Positions 50,041-62,076 of a stretch of DNA of 64,000 bases are shown in pieces. The position numbers were made by a program, and so were the translations under genes. This DNA is from Eledone cirrhosa. Taxonomy: Eukaryota. Position 1 is the stretch's first letter. Each line of letters starts with the position of its first letter. The stretch lies in NCBI GenBank assembly GCA_964016885.1, contig OZ024747.1:6944001-7008000 (forward strand). Direction: 5' to 3'. Below the pieces are notes generated by a model. That model saw nothing but the letters and a program-made list of their open reading frames with translations. It was not told the DNA's origin and made no database searches.

Positions 50041-50740
50041 CAGGGTCGATGTAATCGACGGTATCCCTTCTCCAAATGTGTGACATTCTGCTAGAAATAT
50101 CTAAGATTAAGTAGTCGGTAGAAGCAAGTGTTCAAACGTGTTTCATGTTTAAAGATTTTTTTAATGGAGAAGGATGGGAAGAGCCCATGAAGTTTTTCAG
50201 GGCCTCTGAGACAGCTGAAAGGGAGGGAGGAAGTTATCTTTAAACTGGGAACATAGTCCGAATTTTGGCAACAGAGAGGACTTCATTAAATGCATTCAAG
50301 GGTCGAGTATATGGTGGTATTAAACTGAGTAACGAACTAATTCTACCACCCACAAACATAAACGATCTACCCGAGGAGCTTCCACATAGTTTCCGTAAAT
50401 GAAATCACACTTATAAAGCTTTGGTCGACCTGAGACTATGGTAGAAGACAACGTGTCGTACATTAGAATCAAACCCCAAGCTATATAGCTGAGAAAGGAA
50501 CGTCTCAACCGTTGTCGACAGGTCGCCTCGATCGGCAACCAGTGTTGGGGAGACCCAGGGCGAGTGGGCGAAATAGATAGTTTTCATTTATCAGACGATA
50601 TATCTGAGCCTAAAGTGGACAACGTATCCAAGAGAGGGCTAGCTGTCTAGTTTCATACTGACTTCACTGTCCCCTGGAATGCAGTCATGCACTACGACTG
50701 AGACAATATCAAATATAGTTCCACCTGCATGAGAATCCAG

Positions 50741-51273
50741 TCAACCCTCCACTAACACCATCTCGTCTGCCTCTAGGGTTGCTCCACTAGCAAACAACGG
50801 TTCCTCACTCAACCCGGTTTCGTCTGCCTCTAGAGTTGCTCCACTAGCAAACAACGGTTCCTCACTCAACCCGGTTTCGTCTGCCTCTGGGGTTGATCTA
50901 CTAACAAACAACGTCTCCTCACTCAACAAGGTATCGTCTGCTTCTAGGGTTGATCCACTAACAAACAACGTCTCCTCACTCAACAAGGTATCGTCTGCTT
51001 CTAGGGTTGATCCACTAACAAACAACGTCTCCTCACTCAACACGGTATCGTCTGCTTCTAGGGTTGATCCACTAACAAACAACGTCTCCTCACTCAACAC
51101 GGTATCGTCTGCTTCTAGGGTTGATCCACTAACAAACAACGTCTCCTCACTCAACAAGGTATCGTCTGCTTCTAGGGTTGATCCACTAGCCAACAACGTC
51201 TCCTCACTCAACAAGGTATCGTCTGCTTCTGGGGTTGATCCACTAACAAACAACAGCTCCTCACTCAACACGG
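50741..51273. repeat. 60-bp minisatellite, about 9 copies, open in one frame on each strand
   Basis: Unit ctagggttgatccactaacaaacaacgtctcctcactcaacaaggtatcgtctgctt. Confidence 0.95.
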
Positions 51274-51479
51274 TACACTTTTCGTCGTATTCTTGTCACC
51301 GTGACGGACGTTTCACACGACGCATCCCATTTCTCCCCCCACCACCCACACTTTATTTTTACATTCTGTCTCTCGTTGTTTCAATCTCTTTTAGGATGCA
51401 TTTTCTTTTTTCTTTCTCCCATTCTCTCCCTCATTTGTGCTTCTTTCCATTTTGTTTCTGTTCATTCTTTTCCGTTTTC

Positions 51480-51625
<146 letters not shown>

Positions 51626-52599
51626 GTTGTGGTGTTTTTGCTAAATCTATTGAAATGTGTTTGAATCACGAACCAAGCCATTTCTTGCATGAGTCAGTCT
51701 TCTAGTTCCTTCACTAAAGCGACAGTTCACGATATAAATAAACCAACGTTACCTTAAATATAATATATAATATATATATAGCTGGATAGAGAGGTAGAGA
51801 TTTAAAAAAGAAAAAAAAAAAAAAATTGTTTGCAAAGTTTTCTTAAAAATCTGAATACATACATATATATACAAACACATCTATATAGGTAAATCTTTAT
51901 AGGTACAGTACACATACAGCTCATACACATATTTACACACATCTATATTAACCCCTCTCTTTCTTTACACTCACACACACACATATACACACACACACAC
52001 ACACATATATATATATGTTTAGACACTTCTATATTTGTACATATCTATATACACACATGTATGTATAGAGTGAATTATTCTTTTTTTTCTTCTTAAGACG
52101 AAGGTGGTAACATCAATACACACACACACACACACGTGAGGAGATATATGAATTTCTTACATAAGCAAAAGGCTGAATCACACAGTATATCACTGGTATA
52201 TATATACATATATATTTAAATGGTCTCTTGAAATATGAAGTGTAACATTGGAACTGAGAAATGTGAGACTGAAATCAGTGAAGCCGTTATTTTCAAATGA
52301 GATTTCTGTTCTCAGTCTGTTTCAGGAATACCGATGTATTAGAAAACAACAAAACACAAGAAAGACTTCAAAATAACCAAAAGGAAAAGAATATTATTGT
52401 AGTTAAGAGATTTGGTAGGAATCGATCTCGAAACTGAAAAGTAAAGAATCCACCAAAGTTTCCAGTTAGTCATTACTTTCCAGTTAATTTCTTTGCTCCA
52501 TCATTTCACAATGGAATCCTTCCCATCTCTCTCCTTCCTCACCTTCTCTTGTGTTACATGAAACGGAAAGGATCCAGTGGCTAGTGTCTTCAACCTCCC

Positions 52600-53549
52600 A
52601 TCTAGTAACTACAGCTAGTAACTACAGCTAGTAACTACATCTAGTAACTACATCTAGTAACTACAGCTAGTAATTACATCTAGTAACTACATCTAGTAAT
52701 TACATCTAGTAACTACAGCTAGTAATTACAGCTAGTAACTACATCTAGTAATTACATCTAGTAACTACATCTAGTAACTACAACTAGTAACTACATCTAC
52801 TAACTACATCTAGTAACTACAGCTAGTAACTACAGCTAGTAACTACAGCTAGTAACTACATCTAGTAACTACAGCTAGTAACTACAACTAGTAACTACAA
52901 CTAGTAACTACAACTAGTAACTACAACTAGTAACTACAGCTAGTAATTACATCTAGTAACTACATCTAGTAATTACATCTAGTAATTACATCTAGTAACT
53001 ACATCTAGTAACTACAACTAGTAACTACAGCTAGTAACTACAGCTAGTAATTACATCTAGTAACTACAGCTAGTAACTACATCTAGTATCTACAGCTAGT
53101 AACTACAACTAGTAACTACAACTAGTAACTACAACTAGTAACTACAACTAGTAATTACAACTAGTAACTACAGCTAGTAATTACATCTAGTAACTACAGC
53201 TAGTAACTACAACTAGTAACTACAACTAGTAACTACAACTAGTAACTACATCTAGTAACTACATCTAGTAACTACAACTAGTAACTACAGCTAGTAACTA
53301 CAGCTAGTAACTACATCTAGTAACTACAACTAGTAACTACATCTAGTAACTACATCTAGTAACTACAACTAGTAACTACAGCTAGTAACTACAGCTAGTA
53401 ACTACATCTAGTAACTACAACTAGTAACTACATCTAGTAACTACATCTAGTAACTACAACTAGTAACTACAGCTAGTAACTACAGCTAGTAACTACATCT
53501 AGTAACTACATCTAGTAACTACAGCTAGTAATTACAGCTAGTAACTACA
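52600..53549. repeat. 13-bp minisatellite, about 73 copies
   Basis: Unit ctagtaaYtacaD. Confidence 0.98.
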
Positions 53550-53768
53550 CCTCTTAAGATACAGTTCTATTACTACAGCCACCGCCACCACCACAACACT
53601 ACTATAACTCCGACTATATCAGTAAATGAGACAAATAGTAAAGGCAACACAAACCCGTAACTTTCGACCAAATAGCCGCCACCATTCCTCAAGCCACGTC
53701 CCGCTGGACTAACGGACAATCGGACCCCCAAAAATAGTTGAACTAGCAGACAAAACCAGGTGAGTATA

Positions 53769-53816
<48 letters not shown>

Positions 53817-53944
53817 ATAAGTCAGAGGTTCCAAACTTCTAGGTCGGGGACTCAAATTGGGTCGCGGTAATAATCTTGAAAGGGTCGCGACAGCAAAAGC
53901 TTTTTACTTTTGAAGTATTTGATAAAATGTAAAATAATGTGAAT

Positions 53945-55843
53945 GAATCTATTATTCAGTAAATGAATGTATTATACAGTAAATGAATGTATTATACAGT
54001 AAATGAATGTGTTATACAGTAAATTAATGTATTATACAGTAAATGAATGTATTATACAGTAAATTAATGTATTATACAGTAAATAAATGTGTTATACAGT
54101 AAATTAATGTATTATACAGTAAATGAATGTGTTATACAGTAAATTAATGTATTATACAGTAAATGAATGTATTATACAGTAAATGAATGTATTATACAGT
54201 AAATGAATGTATTATACAGTAAATGAATGTATTATACAGTAAATGAATGTATTATACAGTAAATTAATGTATTATACAGTAAATGAATGTGTTATACAGT
54301 AAATGAATGTGTTATACAGTAAATGAATGTGTTATACAGTAAATGAATGTGTTATACAGTAAATGAATGTGTTATACAGTAAATGAATGTGTTATACAGT
54401 AAATAAATGTGTTATACAGTAAATTAATGTATTATACAGTAAATGAATGTGTTATACAGTAAATGAATGTATTATACAGTAAATGAATGTATTATACAGT
54501 AAATGAATGTATTATACAGTAAATGAATGTATTATACAGTAAATGAATGTATTATACAGTAAATGAATGTGTTATTCAGTAAATGAATGTGTTATACAGT
54601 AAATGAATGTATTATACAGTAAATGAATGTGTTATACAGTAAATGAATGTGTTATACAGTAAATGAATGTGTTATACAGTAAATGAATGTGTTATACAGT
54701 AAATTAATGTATTATACAGTAAATAAATGTGTTATACAGTAAATGAATGTGTTATACAGTAAATGAATGTGTTATACAGTAAATAAATGTGTTATACAGT
54801 AAATGAATGTGTTATACAGTAAATGAATGTGTTATACAGTAAATAAATGTGTTATACAGTAAATTAATGTATTATACAGTAAATGAATGTGTTATACAGT
54901 AAATGAATGTATTATACAGTAAATGAATGTATTATACAGTAAATGAATGTATTATACAGTAAATGAATGTATTATACAGTAAATGAATGTATTATACAGT
55001 AAATGAATGTGTTATTCAGTAAATGAATGTGTTATACAGTAAATGAATGTATTATACAGTAAATGAATGTGTTATACAGTAAATGAATGTGTTATACAGT
55101 AAATGAATGTGTTATACAGTAAATGAATGTGTTATACAGTAAATTAATGTATTATACAGTAAATAAATGTGTTATACAGTAAATGAATGTGTTATACAGT
55201 AAATGAATGTGTTATACAGTAAATAAATGTGTTATACAGTAAATGAATGTGTTATACAGTAAATGAATGTGTTATACAGTAAATGAATGTATTATACAGT
55301 AAATGAATGTGTTATTCAGTAAATGAATGTGTTATACAGTAAATGAATGTGTTATACAGTAAATGAATGTATTATACAGTAAATGAATGTATTATACAGT
55401 AAATGAATGTGTTATTCAGTAAATGAATGTATTATACAGTAAATGAATGTGTTATACAGTAAATGAATGTGTTATACAGTAAATGAATGTGTTATACAGT
55501 AAATGAATGTATTATACAGTAAATGAATGTGTTATTCAGTAAATGAATGTGTTATACAGTAAATGAATGTGTTATACAGTAAATGAATGTATTATACAGT
55601 AAATGAATGTGTTATTCAGTAAATGAATGTATTATACAGTAAATGAATGTGTTATTCAGTAAATGAATGTATTATACAGTAAATGAATGTGTTATACAGT
55701 AAATGAATGTGTTATACAGTAAATGAATGTGTTATACAGTAAATGAATGTATTATACAGTAAATGAATGTGTTATACAGTAAATGAATGTATTATACAGT
55801 AAATGAATGTATTATACAGTAAATGAATGTGTTATACAGTAAA
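53945..55843. repeat. 20-bp satellite, about 95 copies
   Basis: Unit aaatgaatgtRttatacagt. It follows a hAT-like terminus (cagaggttccaaact..gggtcgcg) at 53823. Confidence 0.98.
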
Positions 55844-55918
55844 GCCATAGGTATTCCTCGAGGAAAAATACAAGAAGCTAATTTTTTATAAAATTTCTAG
55901 AAAATCGTCTTTTTTTAG

Positions 55919-56115
55919 AGCGTCGGACATCATGCTTTGCAGCATAGAGTTACGCCCCTTTACGTTCTGATTTCAAATCCCTCAGAGGTTAACTTTGCCT
56001 TTCGTCCTTACAAGATCGATAAAATAAATTACCAGTAATGCACTGGAGTCGATTTAATCGACTTCCCCCTCCCCTTCAAGTTGCTGGCCTTGTACCTAAA
56101 GAAGAAACAATTATT
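55919..56115 (+). mobile_element. SINE family A (5'-truncated)
   Basis: Body and tail match the other copies. Confidence 0.8.
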
Positions 56116-56157
56116 GTGTTTTATAAGACTTTTGTACTTATTTCGTATCTATTAAGT

Positions 56158-57232
56158 AACCTTGTTTGTCTGGCCCCACCCGTATTGTAAACCCTATGTT
56201 TGTGATATTTGCTGTATTCTATGTACAACCCCTTGTCCTGCCCCACCCGTATTGTAAACCCTATGTTTGTGATATTTGCTGTATTCTATGTACAGCCCCT
56301 TGTCCTGCTCCACCCGTATTGTAAACCCTATGTTTGTGATATTTGTTGTAGTCTATGTACAACCCCTTGTCCTGCTCCACCCGTATTGTAAACCCTATGT
56401 TTGTGATATTTGTTGTAGTCTATGTACAACCCCTTGTCCTGCTCCACCCGTATTGTAAACCCTATGTTTGTGATATTTGTTGTAGTCTATGTACAACCCC
56501 TTGTCCTGCTCCACCCGTATTGTAAACCCTATGTTTGTGATATTTGTTGTAGTCTATGTACAACCCCTTGTCCTGCTCCACCCGTATTGTAAACCCTATG
56601 TTTGTGATATTTGTTGTAGTCTATGTACAACCCCTTGTCCTGCTCCACCCGTATTGTAAACCCTATGTTTGTGATATTTGCTGTATTCTATGTACAACCC
56701 CTTGTCCTGCTCCACCCGTATTGTAAACCCTATGTTTGTGATATTTGCTGTATTCTATGTACAACCCCTTGTCCTGCCCCACCCGTATTGTAAACCCTAT
56801 GTTTGTGATATTTGCTGTATTCTATGTACAACCCCTTGTTCTGCCCCACCCGTATTGTAAACCCTATGTTTGTGATATTTGCTGTATTCTATGTACAACC
56901 CCTTGTCCTGCCCCACCCGTATTGTAAACCCTATGTTTGTGATATTTGCTGTATTCTATGTACAACCCCTTGTCCTGCCCCACCCGTATTGTAAACCCTA
57001 TGTTTGTGATATTTGCTGTATTCTATGTACAACCCCTTGTCCTGCTCCACCCGTATTGTAAACCCTATGTTTGTGATATTTGTTGTAGTCTATGTACAAC
57101 CCCTTGTCCTGCTCCACCCGTATTGTAAACCCTATGTTTGTGATATTTGCTGTATTCTATGTACAACCCCTTGTCCTGCCCCACCCGTATTGTAAACCCT
57201 AGTTGGGGATATTTGTTATTGTCTATGTACAA
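56158..57232. repeat. 67-bp minisatellite, about 16 copies
   Basis: Unit ccacccgtattgtaaaccctatgtttgtgatatttgYtgtaKtctatgtacaaccccttgtcctgcY. Confidence 0.98.
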
Positions 57233-57254
57233 GCTAATCAAGAAATCATTATTA

Positions 57255-57418
57255 GAGCGTCAGACATTATGCTTTGCAGCATAGTGTTATGGCCCTTTAC
57301 ACGCTGAGTTCAAATCCCGCCGAGGTTAGCTTTACCTTTCATTCTTAAAATAAAGTACCAGTAATGCACTGGGATAATTGCTGGCCTTGTGTCAAAAGTA
57401 GAAACAATTATTATTATT
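57255..57418 (+). mobile_element. SINE family A (internally deleted)
   Basis: Body and (ATT)n tail. Confidence 0.8.
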
Positions 57419-57506
57419 ATAAATTTATTTAAATTCCAGAAACCCACATTTAATATTGATACCAAAGAAAGAAGCCAGGAAAGCAATAGTTTCTCTAGCT
57501 GTGGTC

Positions 57507-57543
57507 ATGGACAACCTGTTGCTGTTAATGTTATTCATTATAG
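57507..57543 (+). CDS. Cys-rich protein, signal-peptide exon
   Basis: gtcATGg start; MDNLLLLMLFII then G|GTAAGT. Confidence 0.8.
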
Positions 57544-59524
57544 GTAAGTGAGTTAACTGCTTGTGTTCAACATCATTGCTGAGAATATTTGGGTTGTAGT
57601 CATTATCTAATATATTCTCCATTTATAATTCAATTTTAATTCAACCAAGTTTATTTGAACATTAGCTAAGCTTCATTAATAGAGATGTTGTTAAGACCTC
57701 CAGCTTTGTTCTGATTTGGCAGACCAACGCATCGTACTGTGGTTCAGACAACTTGATATACTGTTTGAGATAAGGCATACCACCTTTTCACTGATGAACA
57801 TATTCTACAACTTAGACATGCAGTCATTTATTGTAGTGAAACAGTACGTGAGGAGATTTATGAATTTCTTACATAAGCAAAAGGCTGAATCACATAGTAT
57901 ATTACTGGTAGAGATACTTAAGTGGTCTCTTGAAATAGGAAAAAATGTTTTGTTGTTGCTGTTTTGTCGCAGTTGAGCTGTAAGCCAACAGATCTAAGAC
58001 AATGACGTTCCAATCGTGACCATCCAGTCTTGTTTTCAGTACTTTATAGGTATGTGAGGATAGAGGGTGTTCAATATGTAAACTACAATACTAATACAAT
58101 TACTATATAGATAATGAACACAACCACAAGGATATGATCCGAACGTGGAAGAGCCGAACTCCCACTGTCTTTATTTAATCGATAACAGGGTTGATCAGCG
58201 ACAGACTAAGGATGACACTAACAAAAAAGAAGAGAAGAAGAGCAGTTAGCTATATATATTAAACTATCTTCCTACCTCTCTGGTCTTTATGGTCTTCCTA
58301 GCTTTCTATCTTTCTTTCTATTCTCCAGGCTTGACACCATGTGTCAGATGTGCAGCAGATACTCCAAACGTTATTGAGAGGTGTTACTATAAAATCGTAG
58401 GTACGAATGCGGCAAATGCTGACGTGCTTCAAAATGACTACGGCATTGAACAACTCAGGATTTTATGTCGGTATGTTTATAATTTTTACTATATTTATTT
58501 ATTCATTTATTTATTTACTTGTTTGTTTGTTTGTTAGTTAATTATTTATCTATTTGTTTGTTTGTTTATTTTATATCTCATTTTTGTGAGCAATATCATT
58601 GTTGGTTCCAGTTTATCAACGGGCCATACACAATATAGTTCTTCAGCACACAACAATCACCCCACCGAAACACTAGAGCATGCATCACTCTACCATACAG
58701 TATGTATGGACACGTTATTGCCACTGGAGTCGTAGGGACACCATAGTGATATATACGACGTTTCTTGGCCATAAAAAAAAAAACCTCGGCAGGATTTGAA
58801 CTCAGACCGGGCGTAACTCTATGCTGCAAAACATGGCGACCGACCCTCTACCGATACTGCCAATCCACCGCCCTTACCCCGCTACCCCGCTACTTAATAA
58901 TACTATGTGTTTAGGAAAACTATATAATTGTTGAAATTGCGTATCATTTCAGTGATTTCGTTAATTATGTTCGTTGTCTCAATGAAGGGATTGGTAGATC
59001 TAACGATGAAGAAGATATCTTTGTTAATTTACTATTTAACAAAGAATCGATGCTCACTTCTTATAGAGGAATCTGTCATGATATTAACGGTAAGACGTTT
59101 ACTTATTCGCCACAATAACATACTATATTTCCTGGCTTCGAAGACAATACTTCCCCCTAAAATAATCTCAAAAATCTACCACGGGTCCTGGAGGCCGAAC
59201 GTTGTTTATTATTTTTTTTTTTACAAATTTTTGGTTGTCAAAATGAAGGTGCGTCCTCGAGGACGAAGCGACTTCGGCGCCGGGAAATACGGTATATCTC
59301 ACTATCACACTGAACATCGTGAGATATCTCATACACTATACACCACCCCACAACACAATACTATGATACGACACTATATGATAGACCACACTATTGTATA
59401 ATACTGCAGCATAACACTACACTGTCTTACAGTTCTATATCACACACTACAATGTCGTACAGTATTGTACCATACACATCATCACCATCATCATCACCAT
59501 CACCATCATCACCATCACCATCAC

Positions 59525-59558
<34 letters not shown>

Positions 59559-60490
59559 GTCGCCGTCAGAATTCCTGCACTACTCCATAATTAACTACAC
59601 TCCATTCAAGCCAGCTGATCTCTTAAATTACAGAGAACAAACACAACTGATTTCCGTATGTTTCCGCCAATCTCCGTACTCTGATGTATCATACAGTACT
59701 ATACAAGGATCGGATGAAAAGTTCATATGCTGACCAAGATACACTAACAAGAAGAGAAGGAGAGCAGTTAGCTATATATCAACACTTTAGCATTTAAACC
59801 GGCCATAATCGGCCAACATTCTCTCACCTTTTTCTGTTCAAACCCGCCAAAACTGGCTGCTCATATTGATGTTAAGGTATTATACTAAAAATAAATAATT
59901 ATTTCTACGTTAGGCACAAGACCAGTGTATTACTGGTACTTTATTTTATCGACCCCGTAAGGATGAAAGGCAAAGTTAACCTCGGCGGGATTTGAACTCA
60001 GAATGGCAAGGGCCGTAACTCTATGCGCCAAAGCATGGCATCCGACACTCTACCAATACTGCCAATCCATCGCCTCTGCCAATCCACCCCATACTAAAAA
60101 TAAATAATATCAAACTCTCGTAGATTCGATATTATGTGAGATAATTATATAGGGCTTTACCGTGAAAATATAATAGTAAATATACAGTAATGTATATACT
60201 AAAAGGTTAATATTTCTTATTCGAATATTCATGCTCAGCCTTAAATACATCCATACTTATTTATTCTATTACAAGACCTCGCTAATGATGCCAGATGCTT
60301 AGCAATAACACCGGAGGTTAGAAGCTGCTACAGAAATTTCTTTGACTCACTTTCATTATTGATGGCGACGGTTAATGCATCAATTCCACCTAACGGGATT
60401 GACCAAGGTTTGCAGTTTGCAGCTTGCAAGTAAGTATTATGGTATGAAACATTTTTATAACATTTTAATTATATATGCATAATTTAGTAA

Positions 60491-60551
<61 letters not shown>

Positions 60552-60816
60552 TTAAACAAGGTTCAATGAATACATCAAAGAATGAATTTTACTATAGATT
60601 GGAAGTACTCAACAGAAAGGTTTTCCAGAGTTATTAATATTAATTCAGTCACTACCATAACTGGATCTTAACCATCTACTATGTCAGGGTATGTCATGCA
60701 TCATCTTATTTTATCTGATGAGGACGTACTGTTGAACTTAACTCAGTACCTCTGAAATATGTATAATAAAATATACTTGATCACAAGAATACCTATTTTG
60801 TTAATATTTTGAATTA

Positions 60817-60848
<32 letters not shown>

Positions 60849-61028
60849 TATATATAATTCTACTAAATTATGCATATATATATATATATGGAAAAGAGTC
60901 AGGACCCCGACGGCTGAGCTCCGGCCGTTGGGGTCCTGACTCTTTTCCCTATTACCCACTCTACTAACCCAAGTATCGAGTACTCTGGTGCATTATGGTC
61001 CACCTGGTATCTTACCACATCTTCTTTG

Positions 61029-61072
<44 letters not shown>

Positions 61073-61186
61073 GTATATATACTAAGTTCAGGTATCATAA
61101 TATATATGTGTATGATAATTATGTTTCTCAGTAGAAAAGCTCAATAAATGTTTGTTGAGAGCATCAACAATTCAATTCAGATTATA

Positions 61187-61250
<64 letters not shown>

Positions 61251-62076
61251 TATATTATATTATATTATATCATATTATTTATTTATGTTCATACACGGAA
61301 CAAAAGCGCTAGCCATGGTTTCAAGGCCCAAATTTGACCATACCTCCAGAAAATAAGAGACATCAAAATAGTAATCTTTCTTCAGGAACTAATACGAATA
61401 TAAACATTTCATTTAGGCAGAAGGCCAACCATTTTTTGTGGATGTGATGGAGAGGGAGGATAGTCAATTATACTGATCCCAGTACTTTACTGGTACTTTA
61501 TTTTATTGACACTGGAAGGATGATAGCCAAATTTGACTTTGGAGGGATTTGAACTCAGAACGTAAAAAATTGGAGCCAATACCATCATATAAAAGGTCGT
61601 ATTTTAATGCCACAAAACATTTTACCCACCGCTGTAATAATTCCAATAATCTAGAAAATATATATTCAGGATTGCAATATACAATGTGTCTTTCTTTTGT
61701 TTTCTTGCGGTAGGGTGAGATTTGGCTGATATTTCTTGTTTATAGAGCGAAAACACACACGTTCTTTGAAGTTTCAGCTGCATTTGTATTTATTCAATCG
61801 TAAACATGTCTGTTGTTTCATTGCAGTTTGACCGTGACAAGATACCGCTGTGAACTCAACATCTACTCACGTTGTAGTCGGAGGATCAGTGAAATTATGT
61901 CGAACTTCTTGTACGGCGCATTGCCTTGGGGTTGCCAGCTTTTAACTTCAGTGTCCTCCGAGTATACTGACAGGTTTGGAAGAGACAATGTCAATATAGT
62001 TAGTTGCAGCTGGCCAGTCGTGCTGTTGAGTGTTATAGTCACCCTAAAGTCTCTATACTCCCCAACTATGCAATAA
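57507..62076 (+). CDS. Uncharacterised secreted, probably GPI-anchored Cys-rich protein, 239 aa, 5 coding exons
   Basis: Exons 57507-57543, 58329-58470, 58953-59089, 60276-60429 and 61827-62076 join in phase (1,2,1,2) to 720 nt with no internal stop. Signal peptide MDNLLLLMLFIIGLTPCVRC, 10 Cys in the mature core, hydrophobic tail WPVVLLSVIVTL. Confidence 0.85.
57690..57830 (-). pseudogene. hAT transposase remnant (Tip100/ZMYM1-like)
   Basis: SSVKRWYAL and HSTMRWSAK peptides resemble the hAT SxxRW and TRW motifs; disrupted. Confidence 0.5.
58329..58470 (+). CDS. Cys-rich protein coding exon 2
   Basis: Long pyrimidine tract and CAG; LTPCVRCAADTPNVIERCYY...LRILCR; GTATGT donor. Confidence 0.85.
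58953..59089 (+). CDS. Cys-rich protein coding exon 3
   Basis: tttcag acceptor; DFVNYVRCLNEG...YRGICHDIN; GTAAGA donor. Confidence 0.85.
59783..60206. mobile_element. TTAA-MITE copy 3, interrupted by a family A SINE (59900-60090, minus strand)
   Basis: 18-bp TSD atactaaaaataaataat at 59882-59899 and 60091-60108. Confidence 0.85.
60276..60429 (+). CDS. Cys-rich protein coding exon 4
   Basis: Pyrimidine tract with AAG acceptor; LANDARCLAITPEVRSCYRNFF...FAAC; GTAAGT donor. Confidence 0.8.
60707..60773 (+). ncRNA. Minimal type I hammerhead ribozyme (Penelope-like retroelement type)
   Basis: Stem I tattttat / ataaaata; CUGAUGA at 60715-60721; stem II ggacgtactg / cagtacctct; GAAA at 60754-60757; minimal stem III; AUA cleavage triplet ending at 60765. 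Confidence 0.75.
60890..60948 (+). other. 59-nt GC-rich hairpin (27-bp stem, two G-U pairs)
   Basis: ggaaaagagtcaggaccccgacggctg-agctc-cggccgttggggtcctgactcttttcc. Confidence 0.9.
61827..62076 (+). CDS. Cys-rich protein terminal exon
   Basis: ttgcag acceptor; LTVTRYRCELNIYSRC...ALPWGC...WPVVLLSVIVTLKSLYSPTMQ then stop. AATAAA overlaps the stop (62072-62077). Confidence 0.85.

Noticed and set aside
50640-51325. In-frame TGA codons flanking the minus-strand repeat ORF as selenocysteine or read-through
   Set aside because: No SECIS-like element was seen, and further TAG/TAA stops follow.
56158-57232. Eight similar 60-aa ORFs and a CRISPR-like appearance
   Set aside because: A 67-bp tandem repeat with no unique spacers and no cas genes, in eukaryotic DNA.
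58289-58328. In-frame ATG giving MVFLAFYLSFYSP as a signal peptide
   Set aside because: This is the translated pyrimidine tract; the 57507 exon gives a better start context, signal peptide and donor.
58611-58770. Possible extra exon on either strand
   Set aside because: Its phase is incompatible with the neighbouring exons, it has stops or lacks the Cys pattern, and the gene model closes without it.
60585-60630. CTGTTGAG on the minus strand as an inverted second hammerhead
   Set aside because: The core is mutated and stems I and III cannot be drawn.
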